Positions 33,428-43,392 of a stretch of 50,571 nucleotides of DNA are shown here, one piece after another. Each line of letters starts with the position of its first letter. The stretch's first letter is position 1. The DNA comes from an uncultured Candidatus Saccharibacteria bacterium (GTDB taxonomy: Bacteria; Patescibacteriota; UBA1384; XYA2-FULL-43-10). The position numbers and the translations under genes were made by a program. The DNA lies in assembly GCA_964486765.1 (NCBI GenBank), contig CAZAOA010000004.1:1-50571 (forward strand). The letters run 5' to 3'. Below the pieces are notes generated by a model, which saw only the letters and a list, made by a program, of their open reading frames with translations, had not been told where the DNA came from and made no database searches.

Positions 33428-33452
33428 AGGGGCGGCTACTCCAGCCGCCCCT
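33428..33452. terminator. 10-bp GC hairpin at the edge of island D, 19 nt upstream of the rplS ATG
   Basis: AGGGGCGGCT-ACTCC-AGCCGCCCCT is a perfect stem. No U-tract on the minus strand. Confidence 0.35.
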
Positions 33453-33494
33453 TGTCGGATCATTCTAGCCCAGGAAGCGTATGGCCATTGACGC

Positions 33495-33650
33495 TCAAGG
33501 GCTAGCACTCACAGTTCCTGTCAGGTCCTCTGCCGCCCGAGCATCGCGCAAGGTAATCTCGCGGATTATCTCCCTTTGCTTCTCTTCGAGTCGCGCGAGA
33601 CTCTCTTGATCATCTTTCTTCTCAGTCGGTACATTTGCGGAGTCAGCCAC
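33495..33650 (-). CDS. 51-codon ORF, charged/coiled-coil-like (island D)
   Basis: Below the ORF-track cutoff. GTG 33650 follows GGGGGTGAAAAA. Product is VADSANVPTEKKDDQESLARLEEKQREIIREITLRDARAAEDLTGTVSASP. Confidence 0.3.
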   Translation of the reverse strand: MADSANVPTEKKDDQESLARLEEKQREIIREITLRDARAAEDLTGTVSASP

Positions 33651-33704
33651 TTTTTCACCCCCAGTCTCTTGTTGTGGTGTGATGTTGTGCTACGATTGTT
33701 GCTA

Positions 33705-33827
33705 CTATTTCCTGACTTCTTCGCGAGTTAATGCTTGATTGCAGATCGGACATCGAACAATTCCGATCGATATCTCAGCAAACCTCTTGCAACCAACACA
33801 CCAAAGCTCAATTTTCGACTTCGCCAT
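33705..33827 (-). CDS. 40-aa zinc-ribbon micro-protein (island D)
   Basis: Below the ORF-track cutoff. ATG 33827 lies 8 nt after GGGAG. Product MAKSKIELWCVGCKRFAEISIGIVRCPICNQALTREEVRK carries two CxxC pairs. Confidence 0.4.
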   Translation of the reverse strand: MAKSKIELWCVGCKRFAEISIGIVRCPICNQALTREEVRK

Positions 33828-33901
33828 CGCCACGCTCCCGATACGTCCGTGATGGTACGGTCAATCTTAATCAACATTTGATCAAGTATTGGCGATACAA
33901 T

Positions 33902-34177
33902 CTACTTTACCACACTTACAAACTGTCTAATCTTCTTATTGCCAGTAAAGGCTGTTACTTTTTTCTCTTGGAATTTAACTGTTCCCTCGATTTTAGCATA
34001 CAGAGTGTCATCGTTTCCAATTCCTACATTGTCGCCAGCATGATATTTGCTTCCTCGTTGTCGAATGATTATCTCTCCAGCAGTAACCTTTTGGTCACCA
34101 TAAACCTTAACGCCTAAACGTTGTGCATTTGAATCTCTTCCTAACCTTGTGCTTCCTCCAGCTTTCTTATGCGCCAT
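33902..34177 (-). CDS. rpmA: 50S ribosomal protein L27
   Basis: [29 protein letters not shown]...RQRG.K.H.G.NVG.G.D.TL.A. The start is taken at MAHKK rather than the track start. Confidence 0.95.
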   Translation of the reverse strand: MAHKKAGGSTRLGRDSNAQRLGVKVYGDQKVTAGEIIIRQRGSKYHAGDNVGIGNDDTLYAKIEGTVKFQEKKVTAFTGNKKIRQFVSVVK

Positions 34178-34284
34178 TGTAATCCTTTGGATTACCCCTA
34201 CCAATTACGAATCAAACGAAATTACGAATATATAGTAGTATTCTATTTGTACTTTCGTGTAATTTGTACATTTGCGAAGGGGTT

Positions 34285-35577
34285 TTAAATACTTAAAACC
34301 ACGATTTCACGTTTTACAACCTGATAGTCTCTCCCATATCTAAGGGAACAAGATATAGTGTAGCCTAATTTTTCTATTTCGTCAACAATTTCTTCAAATA
34401 AACTCCTGCTCTCTTTGTTCTGAAGTTCATAGGTTGGAAAAACTAAGCAAACTCTTTTTAGATTCATCTTCTCTTTTTGAGAGTAAATGTTTTTTAAGAA
34501 TCCTGTATAAAGTTTTTTAATATTACTAAGCTCCTTGGTCGCTTCATCCTCACCAACAGTCTGTTTTTTAGGAGTTCCCAAGTATGGCTCCGCAACTACA
34601 ACAGTCTCAACATCTGAAGCTAAATATTGTGCATTCGTTGCATCAGCTTTTTGTATTTTTTTATCAATGCTATCTATCTGGATTTTATAGATCCTTGAAA
34701 GCCATTTTAGATTCTCTTTTGTATCAAATACTGCTCTCTCTGAAATATCGCTCCCAGCTACATCTAGATCCAGTACCATAGCCTCTAGTAAGATGTTCCC
34801 CGAGCCACAGAAGGGATCGAAAATGACTACGTCATTTGAATTTCCAATTTTCAATTCACAATTTTCAATTATGGAATCTTTATTTTTATCATTAGAAATT
34901 TGAAATTCATCACCAATTGCTATATTTATCATCATTCGAGCAAGTTTTGGAGGAATCATGCCAGAGAATCTATCACCTTTTGGTTTTCCATAATCTCTTT
35001 TTGACCATTCGTTTGGATTTGTTACCGCAATCAAAATCCCAACATAGTCGTCAAACACACCAACTTCAACACCATCTTTGTTAAATATGCCGTTAAAAGA
35101 TTCCGCAGAAGAGAGAGCTTCGCCTTCTTTTTCTTGAACAAATCTAGAGCTAATCTTTCTTCTTGATAAAACTTTTTTAATCTCAAAGCCTAAATTCTTG
35201 AAAAGTGGTTTTTCAGAGTAATTCGAGATAGCATATTTCAGCTTTCCATCCTTTTTTTGCTTGGAAATTATATCTACAATCTGGGTTTTAATATTTTTGT
35301 CTCTGAAAGAACGTATTTTATAAATTTTAATAGTGCCGCCCAAACGCTTCATTAGCCTCGAAACCTCAATTGGTTTTGAATTTTTGATGTTGAATAGAAC
35401 TATATTTTTATCTACACTAAGTATAGAGGTCGTCTCGACATTTTTATCGGGATTGATCCTTTCAAAATCAAAACACAAAGAGCGCAAAACTGATTCCAAT
35501 TCCTTAAGCGCTATTTTTTGTTCACGCCCTAACAAAAAAGCGTACATGTTTTTGATGTTTTTATTTTCCATTTCCAA
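34285..35577 (-). CDS. UPF0020/THUMP-type SAM-dependent RNA methyltransferase (Trm14/RlmL-like)
   Basis: VIFDPFCGSGNILLEA motif I and a downstream VAEPYLG (N/D-PPY-like) motif. Contains an AT-rich 8-nt-periodic repeat segment at 34838-34874. Confidence 0.65.
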   Translation of the reverse strand: MEMENKNIKNMYAFLLGREQKIALKELESVLRSLCFDFERINPDKNVETTSILSVDKNIVLFNIKNSKPIEVSRLMKRLGGTIKIYKIRSFRDKNIKTQIVDIISKQKKDGKLKYAISNYSEKPLFKNLGFEIKKVLSRRKISSRFVQEKEGEALSSAESFNGIFNKDGVEVGVFDDYVGILIAVTNPNEWSKRDYGKPKGDRFSGMIPPKLARMMINIAIGDEFQISNDKNKDSIIENCELKIGNSNDVVIFDPFCGSGNILLEAMVLDLDVAGSDISERAVFDTKENLKWLSRIYKIQIDSIDKKIQKADATNAQYLASDVETVVVAEPYLGTPKKQTVGEDEATKELSNIKKLYTGFLKNIYSQKEKMNLKRVCLVFPTYELQNKESRSLFEEIVDEIEKLGYTISCSLRYGRDYQVVKREIVVLSI

Positions 35578-35608
35578 TTGACTATACCATATTCTAATAC
35601 TTTTATCA

Positions 35609-38600
35609 ATGCCAAAAGAAGAAATAAAATCTGACTTTGTCCATATTCACACGCACAGTCATTATTCTATGTTAGACGGAATGGCGAAGGTTCCCGATTT
35701 AGTAAACAAAGCTAAAGAGTTGGGCATGTCAGCCTTAGCACTTACTGATCACGGGGTTATGCACGGCGCAGTGGAATTTTATGAAGAGTGCACTGAAGCT
35801 GGAATAAAACCGATCATCGGATGTGAAGTTTATGTCGCTCCAAGAACTCTAAAAGACAAAGTACCGCGCGTCGATGCTTATCCCTATCATCTAATTTTGG
35901 TTGCAAAAGATATGGAGGGTTACAAAAACCTGATTCAACTTACTACCATTGCTCACCTTGAGGGCTACTACTACAAACCGAGAGTCGATAAAAAACATCT
36001 GCGCAAATTCTCAAAAGGTCTGATCGCCTCCTCCGCTTGCGTTCAAGGAGAAGTGCCGAGAAAAGCTTTAGAGGACATAAAAAAAGGTCGTGAGGCAGTT
36101 GAAGAATACATCGATATATTTGGCAAAGACAACTTCTATCTGGAGGTTCAGGAGCATAAAAATGTTGAATCCCAAGCTGCTGCTAACAAGTTAATGTTTC
36201 AGCTTGCTAAAGAGTTTGATTTAAAGGTTATAGCCACAAATGACATTCACTATGTAAATACCGATGACGCCGAGGCACAAGATGCGCTGATATGTCTTCA
36301 AACCTCAAGATTGATGAGCGAAGAAGACAGAATGACGATGGCCAATGACAATTACTCCATGCTTTCTGAAGAAGATGTTCTAAAAGCTTTTCCAGATAAC
36401 AAAGAAGTGGTTACAAATACCAAAGAGATTGCAGATCGCTGTAATCTGAAGCTTGATTTGGGCGGGATAATTATTCCGGACTTTCCTGTTCCAAAAGATC
36501 ACACTCCAAATTCTTTCTTTCTGGAACAATGCTACTTGGGGCTAAACAACCGTTACGGATCATCGAAAATATCTAAAAAAGATCTTCCAAAACCTGGAGT
36601 TAAACCAAAATTTAAAGATCTGAAGATAGCAAAAGAGATCTGGGATAGATTCAAGTACGAGTTAAGTGTAGTTGAAAATATGAAGTATCAGGGATATTTT
36701 TTGATCGTTTCCGATTTTATCCGTTGGTCAAAAAACCACAAGATCTCTGTCGGACCTGGTCGTGGCTCTGGAGCAGGATCGATTATACTTTATGCCCTTG
36801 ATATTACTGACATTGACCCTCTCCCATACGACCTTTTGTTTGAGCGATTTTTAAACCCTGATCGAATCTCTATGCCAGATATTGATACCGATTTTGCCGA
36901 CGATCGAAGGAACGAAGTTATCGAATATGTTACCAGAAAATACGGCAAGGATCATGTAGCCCAGATTATTACATTTGGAACAATGGCAGCTCGTATGGCG
37001 GTTAGAGACGTAGGAAGAGTTCTTGCAATGAATTATTCTGAAGTGGATACAATTGCTAAGCTAATTCCGACTGGTGAAAAACTTCAGGAAGCTCTCGACT
37101 CTACCACCGAGCTTAAAGAGCTTTATAATGCTGATGCAAATGTAAAGCGATGCATCAATATCGCAAAAAAACTCGAAGGAGTAGTTAGACACGCCTCAAT
37201 GCATGCAGCTGGAGTTGTTATATCGAGAGACCCGTTGACCGAATACGTGCCCCTGCAGGCTGCTGCCAAAGGCGATATCTCGACCGTTACTCAGTATTCT
37301 ATGAACCCTATCGAACACTTGGGTCTTCTTAAGTTTGACTTTTTGGGGCTTGCCAACCTTTCGATCATTCAAAATGCACTTCGAATTATTCGAAAAACTA
37401 GAGAAAAGGAGATTGACATTTTAACGCTTCCACTAGATGACAAGAAAACCTATAATCTTCTTTCTCGCGCAGCAACTACCGGTGTTTTCCAGCTGGAGTC
37501 AGACGGAATGAAACGTTATCTAAAAGAATTAAAACCCTCAGTTTTTGAAGATATTATAGCTATAGTTGCGCTATATCGACCGGGACCGATGCAGTGGATT
37601 CAGGATTTTATCGATCGAAAAAACGGTAAAAAAAACATAGAATACGTTCATCCAAAAGCTAAGGAAGCATTAAAAAACACCTACGGGATTATCGTTTATC
37701 AAGAACAAGTGATGCAACTTAGCAAAGATATGGCCGGTTTTAGTGGTGGTCAAGCCGATACTCTTAGAAAAGCGATGGGTAAAAAGATAGCATCTTTAAT
37801 GAAAAAGGTCGGAAAGGAATTTTTGGATGGTTGCGTTAAAAATGGAATCGATAAAAAAATTGCCGAGGATCTCTACCAAGCAATGCAAGACTTCGCTCAA
37901 TATGCTTTCAACAAGTCCCACGCCGCCTGCTATGCTTTGATCGCTTACCAAACTGCATACCTAAAAGCCCACTATCCTCCAGAATTTATGGCCGCTCTTA
38001 TGGCTTCGGAGCAATCTGACTTAGATAAATTGGCATTTTGCCTTCAAGAGTGTGAAGACATGAAAATTAAAGTTTTGCCTCCTTCTGTCAATGAATCTTT
38101 CGTCGATTTTGGAGTAGTTAAAGAGAGCGGAAACATCCGCTTTGGACTTAGTGCGATAAAAAATGTTGGAGAGCAGGTTGCAGAAGAGATTTCAGAGGGT
38201 AGAAAAGATGAAGGAAAATACAAAGACATCGAAGATTTTGTGACTAGATTAGGGCCCAAGGTGATCAATAAAAAATCACTCGAGTCGCTTATAATGGCAG
38301 GTGCACTAGATGATTTGGGAGAGCGAGCTGAACTAATCTATAACATTGAAAAGATTTTGGCTTACTCTTCTGGACTTCAAAAAAGAAAATCATCTGGTCA
38401 AAATTCACTCTTTGGTGAAGAAGATGACAAAAATATAATGAAGATTGAGTTTGAGGAAACTTCACCAGCACCAAAACGCCAAAGGTTGAGTTGGGAGAGA
38501 GAACTTATGGGTATGTATGTTTCAGAACACCCCCTAACTGGAATCTCTCATATGATAGAGCCACATCGAACGTGTCAGGTCAAAGAAGTAAATGAGAGCA

Positions 38601-39238
38601 AGGAGGGCGAATTTGTTCGCATCTCCGGCATCATTACATCGGTTCAGACTATAATGACCAGACAAAACCAAAAGATGGCGTTTGCACGTTTTGAAGATCT
38701 TGGGGGTTACTTAGAAGTGTTGATATTTCCGAAAATGTACGAGGCTTTAAAAGATTTTATCATTCCCGATAAAATCGTCGCTGTCGACGGTTACATCAAC
38801 TTCAAAGATGGTTCGGCCAAACTTCTGGCTGAACAGATTCAAGAGATCTCCGAACAAGCATCACTATTAGACTTTGAACCACGCACTAAAAAAACTCAAG
38901 GATATGGCAAGGGCAACTCATACGGTTCAAATGAAAATGGTGCTGGATTTAATAGTTTCAATAACCCTCCTGTACCTAAAAAACCGGGGGTAAAAGAATA
39001 TAACTTCTCACCCAAAAATCTGACCGTAACTATTCCCAAAGGATCAGATAAATCAATCCTTGCCGATCTCAAATCTGTATTTTTGGAGAATAAAGGAAAT
39101 TCTTCAGTATCGATAAAAGTGCCAGATAACGGTCACGGCTATAAAGAGGTGGCTATAAAAGCAAAAGTTTCGATCGACCCAGTGCTCAATCGAAAACTTT
39201 ATGAACTAATTGGTAAAGAGAATGTAAGTGCAAACTAG
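35609..39238 (+). CDS. dnaE: DNA polymerase III alpha subunit
   Basis: PHP domain FVHIHTHSHYSMLDG, the palm motif SMPDIDTDF, and a C-terminal OB fold. Confidence 0.95.
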   Translation: MPKEEIKSDFVHIHTHSHYSMLDGMAKVPDLVNKAKELGMSALALTDHGVMHGAVEFYEECTEAGIKPIIGCEVYVAPRTLKDKVPRVDAYPYHLILVAKDMEGYKNLIQLTTIAHLEGYYYKPRVDKKHLRKFSKGLIASSACVQGEVPRKALEDIKKGREAVEEYIDIFGKDNFYLEVQEHKNVESQAAANKLMFQLAKEFDLKVIATNDIHYVNTDDAEAQDALICLQTSRLMSEEDRMTMANDNYSMLSEEDVLKAFPDNKEVVTNTKEIADRCNLKLDLGGIIIPDFPVPKDHTPNSFFLEQCYLGLNNRYGSSKISKKDLPKPGVKPKFKDLKIAKEIWDRFKYELSVVENMKYQGYFLIVSDFIRWSKNHKISVGPGRGSGAGSIILYALDITDIDPLPYDLLFERFLNPDRISMPDIDTDFADDRRNEVIEYVTRKYGKDHVAQIITFGTMAARMAVRDVGRVLAMNYSEVDTIAKLIPTGEKLQEALDSTTELKELYNADANVKRCINIAKKLEGVVRHASMHAAGVVISRDPLTEYVPLQAAAKGDISTVTQYSMNPIEHLGLLKFDFLGLANLSIIQNALRIIRKTREKEIDILTLPLDDKKTYNLLSRAATTGVFQLESDGMKRYLKELKPSVFEDIIAIVALYRPGPMQWIQDFIDRKNGKKNIEYVHPKAKEALKNTYGIIVYQEQVMQLSKDMAGFSGGQADTLRKAMGKKIASLMKKVGKEFLDGCVKNGIDKKIAEDLYQAMQDFAQYAFNKSHAACYALIAYQTAYLKAHYPPEFMAALMASEQSDLDKLAFCLQECEDMKIKVLPPSVNESFVDFGVVKESGNIRFGLSAIKNVGEQVAEEISEGRKDEGKYKDIEDFVTRLGPKVINKKSLESLIMAGALDDLGERAELIYNIEKILAYSSGLQKRKSSGQNSLFGEEDDKNIMKIEFEETSPAPKRQRLSWERELMGMYVSEHPLTGISHMIEPHRTCQVKEVNESKEGEFVRISGIITSVQTIMTRQNQKMAFARFEDLGGYLEVLIFPKMYEALKDFIIPDKIVAVDGYINFKDGSAKLLAEQIQEISEQASLLDFEPRTKKTQGYGKGNSYGSNENGAGFNSFNNPPVPKKPGVKEYNFSPKNLTVTIPKGSDKSILADLKSVFLENKGNSSVSIKVPDNGHGYKEVAIKAKVSIDPVLNRKLYELIGKENVSAN

Positions 39239-39724
39239 CTAACCTATCAATTTAGTAATTTTTTGTTGTAAGTCATACGGGTTGGATATATTTTTTGCAA
39301 CAATCTCTTCCCCTTTTGTCGCTCCGGCTGTTCGAATTATTAGATCTCCAAAATTAAGTGAGGTTTTAATCATCCCGTCCATATCAGATGCGACATCTTG
39401 AATTTTCTCTAAACCAGTCTCTGTGATCTTTCTTTTGAAAAAACCTTTTTGTTCCAAATTTATCACCCTTTGGTTAGTTACGATAAGAACTGACGATGAA
39501 TACTCAAAAAATGCCTTTGAAAAGATCGCTACTGCAACTAAAACACAGACAAATGTTGCCAATGAAAACAGCGTGCTCGCTCCAAAAAAAATCAGAATCA
39601 ATACTGGAATCGCCAAAAGCATCACAACCTTTAAACCGGGCCAAAACATAACAAAAGGGTGGTTTTTTATGATCTCTTCTATCTCTTCGTCCGAACGTTG
39701 TCCTTTAAAAGTGAACTCTTTCAT
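39239..39724 (-). CDS. Membrane-anchored bacterial PH (YdbS/YdbT-like) domain protein
   Basis: Two TM helices followed by LIVTNQRVINLEQKGFF.RKITE...GDLIIRTAG. Confidence 0.6.
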   Translation of the reverse strand: MKEFTFKGQRSDEEIEEIIKNHPFVMFWPGLKVVMLLAIPVLILIFFGASTLFSLATFVCVLVAVAIFSKAFFEYSSSVLIVTNQRVINLEQKGFFKRKITETGLEKIQDVASDMDGMIKTSLNFGDLIIRTAGATKGEEIVAKNISNPYDLQQKITKLIG

Positions 39725-39794
39725 AACATAATTGTATCACGAATATTGAATCATGAGATTTTTTCCATCCATTTAGATCAGTAAACGACATAAT

Positions 39795-40886
39795 TTACTT
39801 GATTCTTGATTTATGATTACTAATACTTTTCAATTTTTTTAAACCGACTATGATAAGCCCCAACAATAATACCAATATGCCAGCGGCATAAAGCTTATTT
39901 GTCGTTGTTGTTCGAAGGGCCACCCAAGCAAATGCTGTAGCGATGAGATACATAGAAATTAATGCAAATTTAGGAGAAAAACCAGCGTCTAAAAATCTGT
40001 GATGTAGATGAGTTTTATCTGGCGTAGTAAAAGGATTTTGACCTCGAAGGACTCTGCCTAAGGTCACAATTATCCCATCTACGATAGGAAAGCCCAAAAC
40101 TAAAAATGCTGTGGCCAATTTACCACCAGAGATAAGGGTTAAGGCCCCAAGTACAAATCCCAAAAACATCGATCCGCTATCTCCCATAAAGATTTTGGCT
40201 GGAGGGAAATTCCAGACTAAAAAACCAACACAAGCACCTGCTAGAATAATCGAAATCAAGGCGACCGATGGTTGGTTAACGGCCAGAGTGATTGAAAGTA
40301 AAAAGATGGAGATGGCTGCTATAGTTGAAAAGCCGGCCGCAAGACCATCTATGCCATCAATAAAATTAATCGCATTCATCAGCCCAACCAGCCAAATTAG
40401 TGTCAAAAGATCAGACCAAAGAGAAAAATAATAGGTGACGCCACCTATAGAAAGTGCAGGAATATAAACTGAATTCAGATTGATAGGGTCACCGAATGGA
40501 TTGATGAGTGTATCAATTCCTAGACCAGAGATAATAACTACCAAAGCGGCTAACAATTGAAAAATGATTTTTTGCCAAGCCTTTAGACCCTTAATATCGT
40601 CAAGCAGCATAGAGAGTGCAATTATCGACGCACCTAGAACCAAACCTATGGATTTTTTAAATATCTCGCCTTCAAAGTATCGATCTTTAAAAATAAATAT
40701 TACTGCAAGCGAGACAATTAAAAATGCGATAAAAATTGCAACTCCACCTATACGTGGAGTTGGTTTTTTATGGATATCCCTCTTTCTCGGTTTTGAGACC
40801 AGCTTGAACCTAAGTCCAATTTTGCGGACAATTCCGGTAAGTAATATTGACAATATTAATGTTGTGACAAAAGCTAGTAGATACAT
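39795..40886 (-). CDS. WecA/MraY-family polyprenyl-phosphate N-acetylhexosamine-1-phosphate transferase
   Basis: NAINFIDGIDGLAAG and MGDSGSMFLGF motifs with about 10 TM spans. Confidence 0.85.
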   Translation of the reverse strand: MYLLAFVTTLILSILLTGIVRKIGLRFKLVSKPRKRDIHKKPTPRIGGVAIFIAFLIVSLAVIFIFKDRYFEGEIFKKSIGLVLGASIIALSMLLDDIKGLKAWQKIIFQLLAALVVIISGLGIDTLINPFGDPINLNSVYIPALSIGGVTYYFSLWSDLLTLIWLVGLMNAINFIDGIDGLAAGFSTIAAISIFLLSITLAVNQPSVALISIILAGACVGFLVWNFPPAKIFMGDSGSMFLGFVLGALTLISGGKLATAFLVLGFPIVDGIIVTLGRVLRGQNPFTTPDKTHLHHRFLDAGFSPKFALISMYLIATAFAWVALRTTTTNKLYAAGILVLLLGLIIVGLKKLKSISNHKSRIK

Positions 40887-40983
40887 GTTTTTTCGTTAAT
40901 CGTTTGCGATGCCCGTAACGTCATACGTCATTCGTTTAACGTAACCGATTCCGATACGGGCTTCGTTACCGTTACCGACTGTC

Positions 40984-41595
40984 CTACTCATTAAACATCG
41001 CCTTATGATCGGATCTTGCATAATCGTCATATATATCTTCTTGTGAAAACCAGTGAGCAATTTCGTGCTCTGCCTCTTTTGTATTTTCAGATGCGTGCAC
41101 AATGTTCTTAATTGCTCTGCCTTCAAGATTAGCTGAAGCAGGTGAATCCACAGAATAGTCGCCCCTTATAGTTCCGATATCCGCTTTACTTGGCAGTGTT
41201 GTGCCCGCTATCTTTCGAACCATGTCAACAGCGTGAACTCCATCAATAATCATAGCTACAACCGGTGCCTCTGTCATATACTCAACAAGCCATTTTCGAA
41301 CCATCTTACCGGCCTCCATCTGATCATCGGTTCCCATATGATCCTTCGGTTTCAGACCGTACTCTTCAAATACCTTAAAACCTTTTTCACCAAGTCTATT
41401 CACCCACTCATCATCTTGCGGGTAATGGCTGTCGATGTGTTCCAATGTCGGTTTTATCATCTTAAGTGCTATAACCTTTAACCCTCGCTTCTCAAATCGC
41501 CCGATTACCTCGCCGATCAAGCCACGTTGTACTCCATCTGGCTTAATCATTACAAATGTCCTCTCCCATGCTGGACCTTTTTCTTTCTTGCTCAC
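40984..41595 (-). CDS. ndk: Nucleoside diphosphate kinase (long form with insertion)
   Basis: ERTFVMIKPDGVQRGLIGEVIGRFEKRGLKV, TIRGDY and NIVHASE (catalytic His) motifs. Confidence 0.85.
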   Translation of the reverse strand: MSKKEKGPAWERTFVMIKPDGVQRGLIGEVIGRFEKRGLKVIALKMIKPTLEHIDSHYPQDDEWVNRLGEKGFKVFEEYGLKPKDHMGTDDQMEAGKMVRKWLVEYMTEAPVVAMIIDGVHAVDMVRKIAGTTLPSKADIGTIRGDYSVDSPASANLEGRAIKNIVHASENTKEAEHEIAHWFSQEDIYDDYARSDHKAMFNE

Positions 41596-42878
41596 TTTCT
41601 GCCCCTTTTCACATTATTTACAATATTATTAAACTCATCTTCATCAACATTTGGACCAATCGCTGCCATAACTATTTTATCTAAATTAAAGTATTTTTTT
41701 GCCAAATTTATAATGTCATTTTTAGTAACTGCCATTATTTTATCGATATACTCTTTCGGCTCTTCAAACATATCTAAAATAATCTCTTCAGTTGCGTATT
41801 GAAACGCCCATTCGCTCGAATCTTCAAGCTCGATAAAAAGCGATCCTTTTATTATCTCTTTGGCTCTATCTAACTCTTTGTCATCAATATTCTCAATCAA
41901 TTTTAGATGCTCTCCTATAATCGCCTCCGTTGCTTCCTTGGCTTTGTCATTACTAATCCCAGCTTTTGTAGTCAAAAGTCCGGTATTTTTATATGGCAAA
42001 TACGATGTGCTTACATGATACGCCAATCCTCTTTTTTCACGGATTTCAGAAAACATCCGAGAACTCATTGAACCACCCAAAACTTTTGCCAAAACTTTGG
42101 CAATGTAGAACTCCTCTTTATTTTTAGTACTTGGAAATTTGAAACCGATCACGATATTGGTCTGCTCTGTCTCTTTCTTATATGTTTTTATCGATATTAA
42201 CTGGTTGTGTGAAACCGTACCATCTTGCTCTTTTCGAAAGTCACCAAGCTGAAACTTGTTTTCAATCTCTTTTACTAACTTATCAGAAGATGCATCGGTA
42301 ATGTTTCCAGCTACCACCACAACAGCATTTTTATAGTTATAATGTTTCTTTTTATAATTATCAATATCATCTTTTGATATTGACCCAACCGTTGAACTTA
42401 CCCCCTGAACCGACCTTGATATATCTGAACTTGCAAAAGCCGCCTCCTCGAATATATCTTTGACTTTTTCTTGAGGTAAGTCATCGTACATTTTAATCTC
42501 TTCCAGTATGACATTTTTCTCTTTTTTAACTTCTGCTTCAGGTAAAGTTGCATTTGAGACATTGTCAGAAAGAAAATCGATCGCGTCGAAAAGGTGATCG
42601 GATGAAGCTTTAACATAATAACCTGTGTATTCTTTTGAGGTAAAGGCGTTATGTTCGGCTCCGATAGAATCAATAAATTCTGCAACTTCTTTTGCAGTTT
42701 TTCTACTTTTCGCCCCTTTATAGATCATATGCTCAAGAAAATGAGAGATACCAGAGTTTTTCTCATTTTCATGAACCGATCCGACACCAAATAAAATCAT
42801 CGCTGTTATCGTTTTTGTCGATTCAAGCGGTATCGTGATTATCCTTAGTCCTGATTTTGTAGTAATCTTTTTGTGCAT
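41592..42878 (-). CDS. M16-family zinc peptidase (insulinase/PqqL-like)
   Basis: HFLEHMIYKG inverted zinc motif HxxEH plus a downstream Glu. Confidence 0.85.
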   Translation of the reverse strand: MHKKITTKSGLRIITIPLESTKTITAMILFGVGSVHENEKNSGISHFLEHMIYKGAKSRKTAKEVAEFIDSIGAEHNAFTSKEYTGYYVKASSDHLFDAIDFLSDNVSNATLPEAEVKKEKNVILEEIKMYDDLPQEKVKDIFEEAAFASSDISRSVQGVSSTVGSISKDDIDNYKKKHYNYKNAVVVVAGNITDASSDKLVKEIENKFQLGDFRKEQDGTVSHNQLISIKTYKKETEQTNIVIGFKFPSTKNKEEFYIAKVLAKVLGGSMSSRMFSEIREKRGLAYHVSTSYLPYKNTGLLTTKAGISNDKAKEATEAIIGEHLKLIENIDDKELDRAKEIIKGSLFIELEDSSEWAFQYATEEIILDMFEEPKEYIDKIMAVTKNDIINLAKKYFNLDKIVMAAIGPNVDEDEFNNIVNNVKRGRK

Positions 42879-43023
42879 TTCCTACTGATTCTAACACAAT
42901 CTTGTTGTATTTTAAAGGTAATTTTGATAGTATTTGTTTAAGACAGCTTGAAGTTGTTATTGTTTTAGTTGTGGAGAGATGTCCCTGCTTCAACAAAATT
43001 ATAGAATCATTTGATATCAACAT

Positions 43024-43113
43024 GGAGAGATGGCAGAGTGGTTGAATGCGGCGGTCTTGAAAACCGTTAGACGTGCAAGCGTCTCGTGGGTTCGAATCCC
43101 ACTCTCTCCGCCA
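43024..43113 (+). tRNA. tRNA-Ser (anticodon UGA), long variable arm, CCA encoded
   Basis: GGAGAGATGGCAGAGTGGTTGAATGCGGCGGTCTTGAAAACCGTTAGACGTGCAAGCGTCTCGTGGGTTCGAATCCCACTCTCTCCGCCA. Confidence 0.9.
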
Positions 43114-43179
43114 TGTAATATATTAAAGTATTGTTTTGTGGCAGGGTCAGGAGAACATCGAAATCATTATTGAAGTTGT

Positions 43180-43272
43180 GGAGAGATGGCTGAGTGGCTT
43201 AAAGCAACGGATTGCTAATCCGTCGGTGGCATAAAAACCGCCTCGTGGGTTCGAATCCCACTCTCTCCGCCA
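43180..43272 (+). tRNA. tRNA-Ser (anticodon GCU), long variable arm, CCA encoded
   Basis: GGAGAGATGGCTGAGTGGCTTAAAGCAACGGATTGCTAATCCGTCGGTGGCATAAAAACCGCCTCGTGGGTTCGAATCCCACTCTCTCCGCCA. Acceptor and T arms are identical to the neighbouring tRNA-Ser. Confidence 0.9.
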
Positions 43273-43392
43273 GTTGGAAAATTCAAAACATGTGTATGTT
43301 TATAGCTTTAACCAATAAACACGGTCGCAACATTGCATATCCAGAAACGTTGTACAAAATGAATCTCGGCCTAAAAACAATGAGAACAATCA

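Noticed and set aside
33705-33827. Zinc-ribbon micro-ORF as a ribosomal protein (L32, L33 or L36), given its position between rpmA and rplS
   Set aside because: The sequence does not resemble those families as I recall them, and its GC-rich codon usage differs sharply from the flanking ribosomal protein genes.
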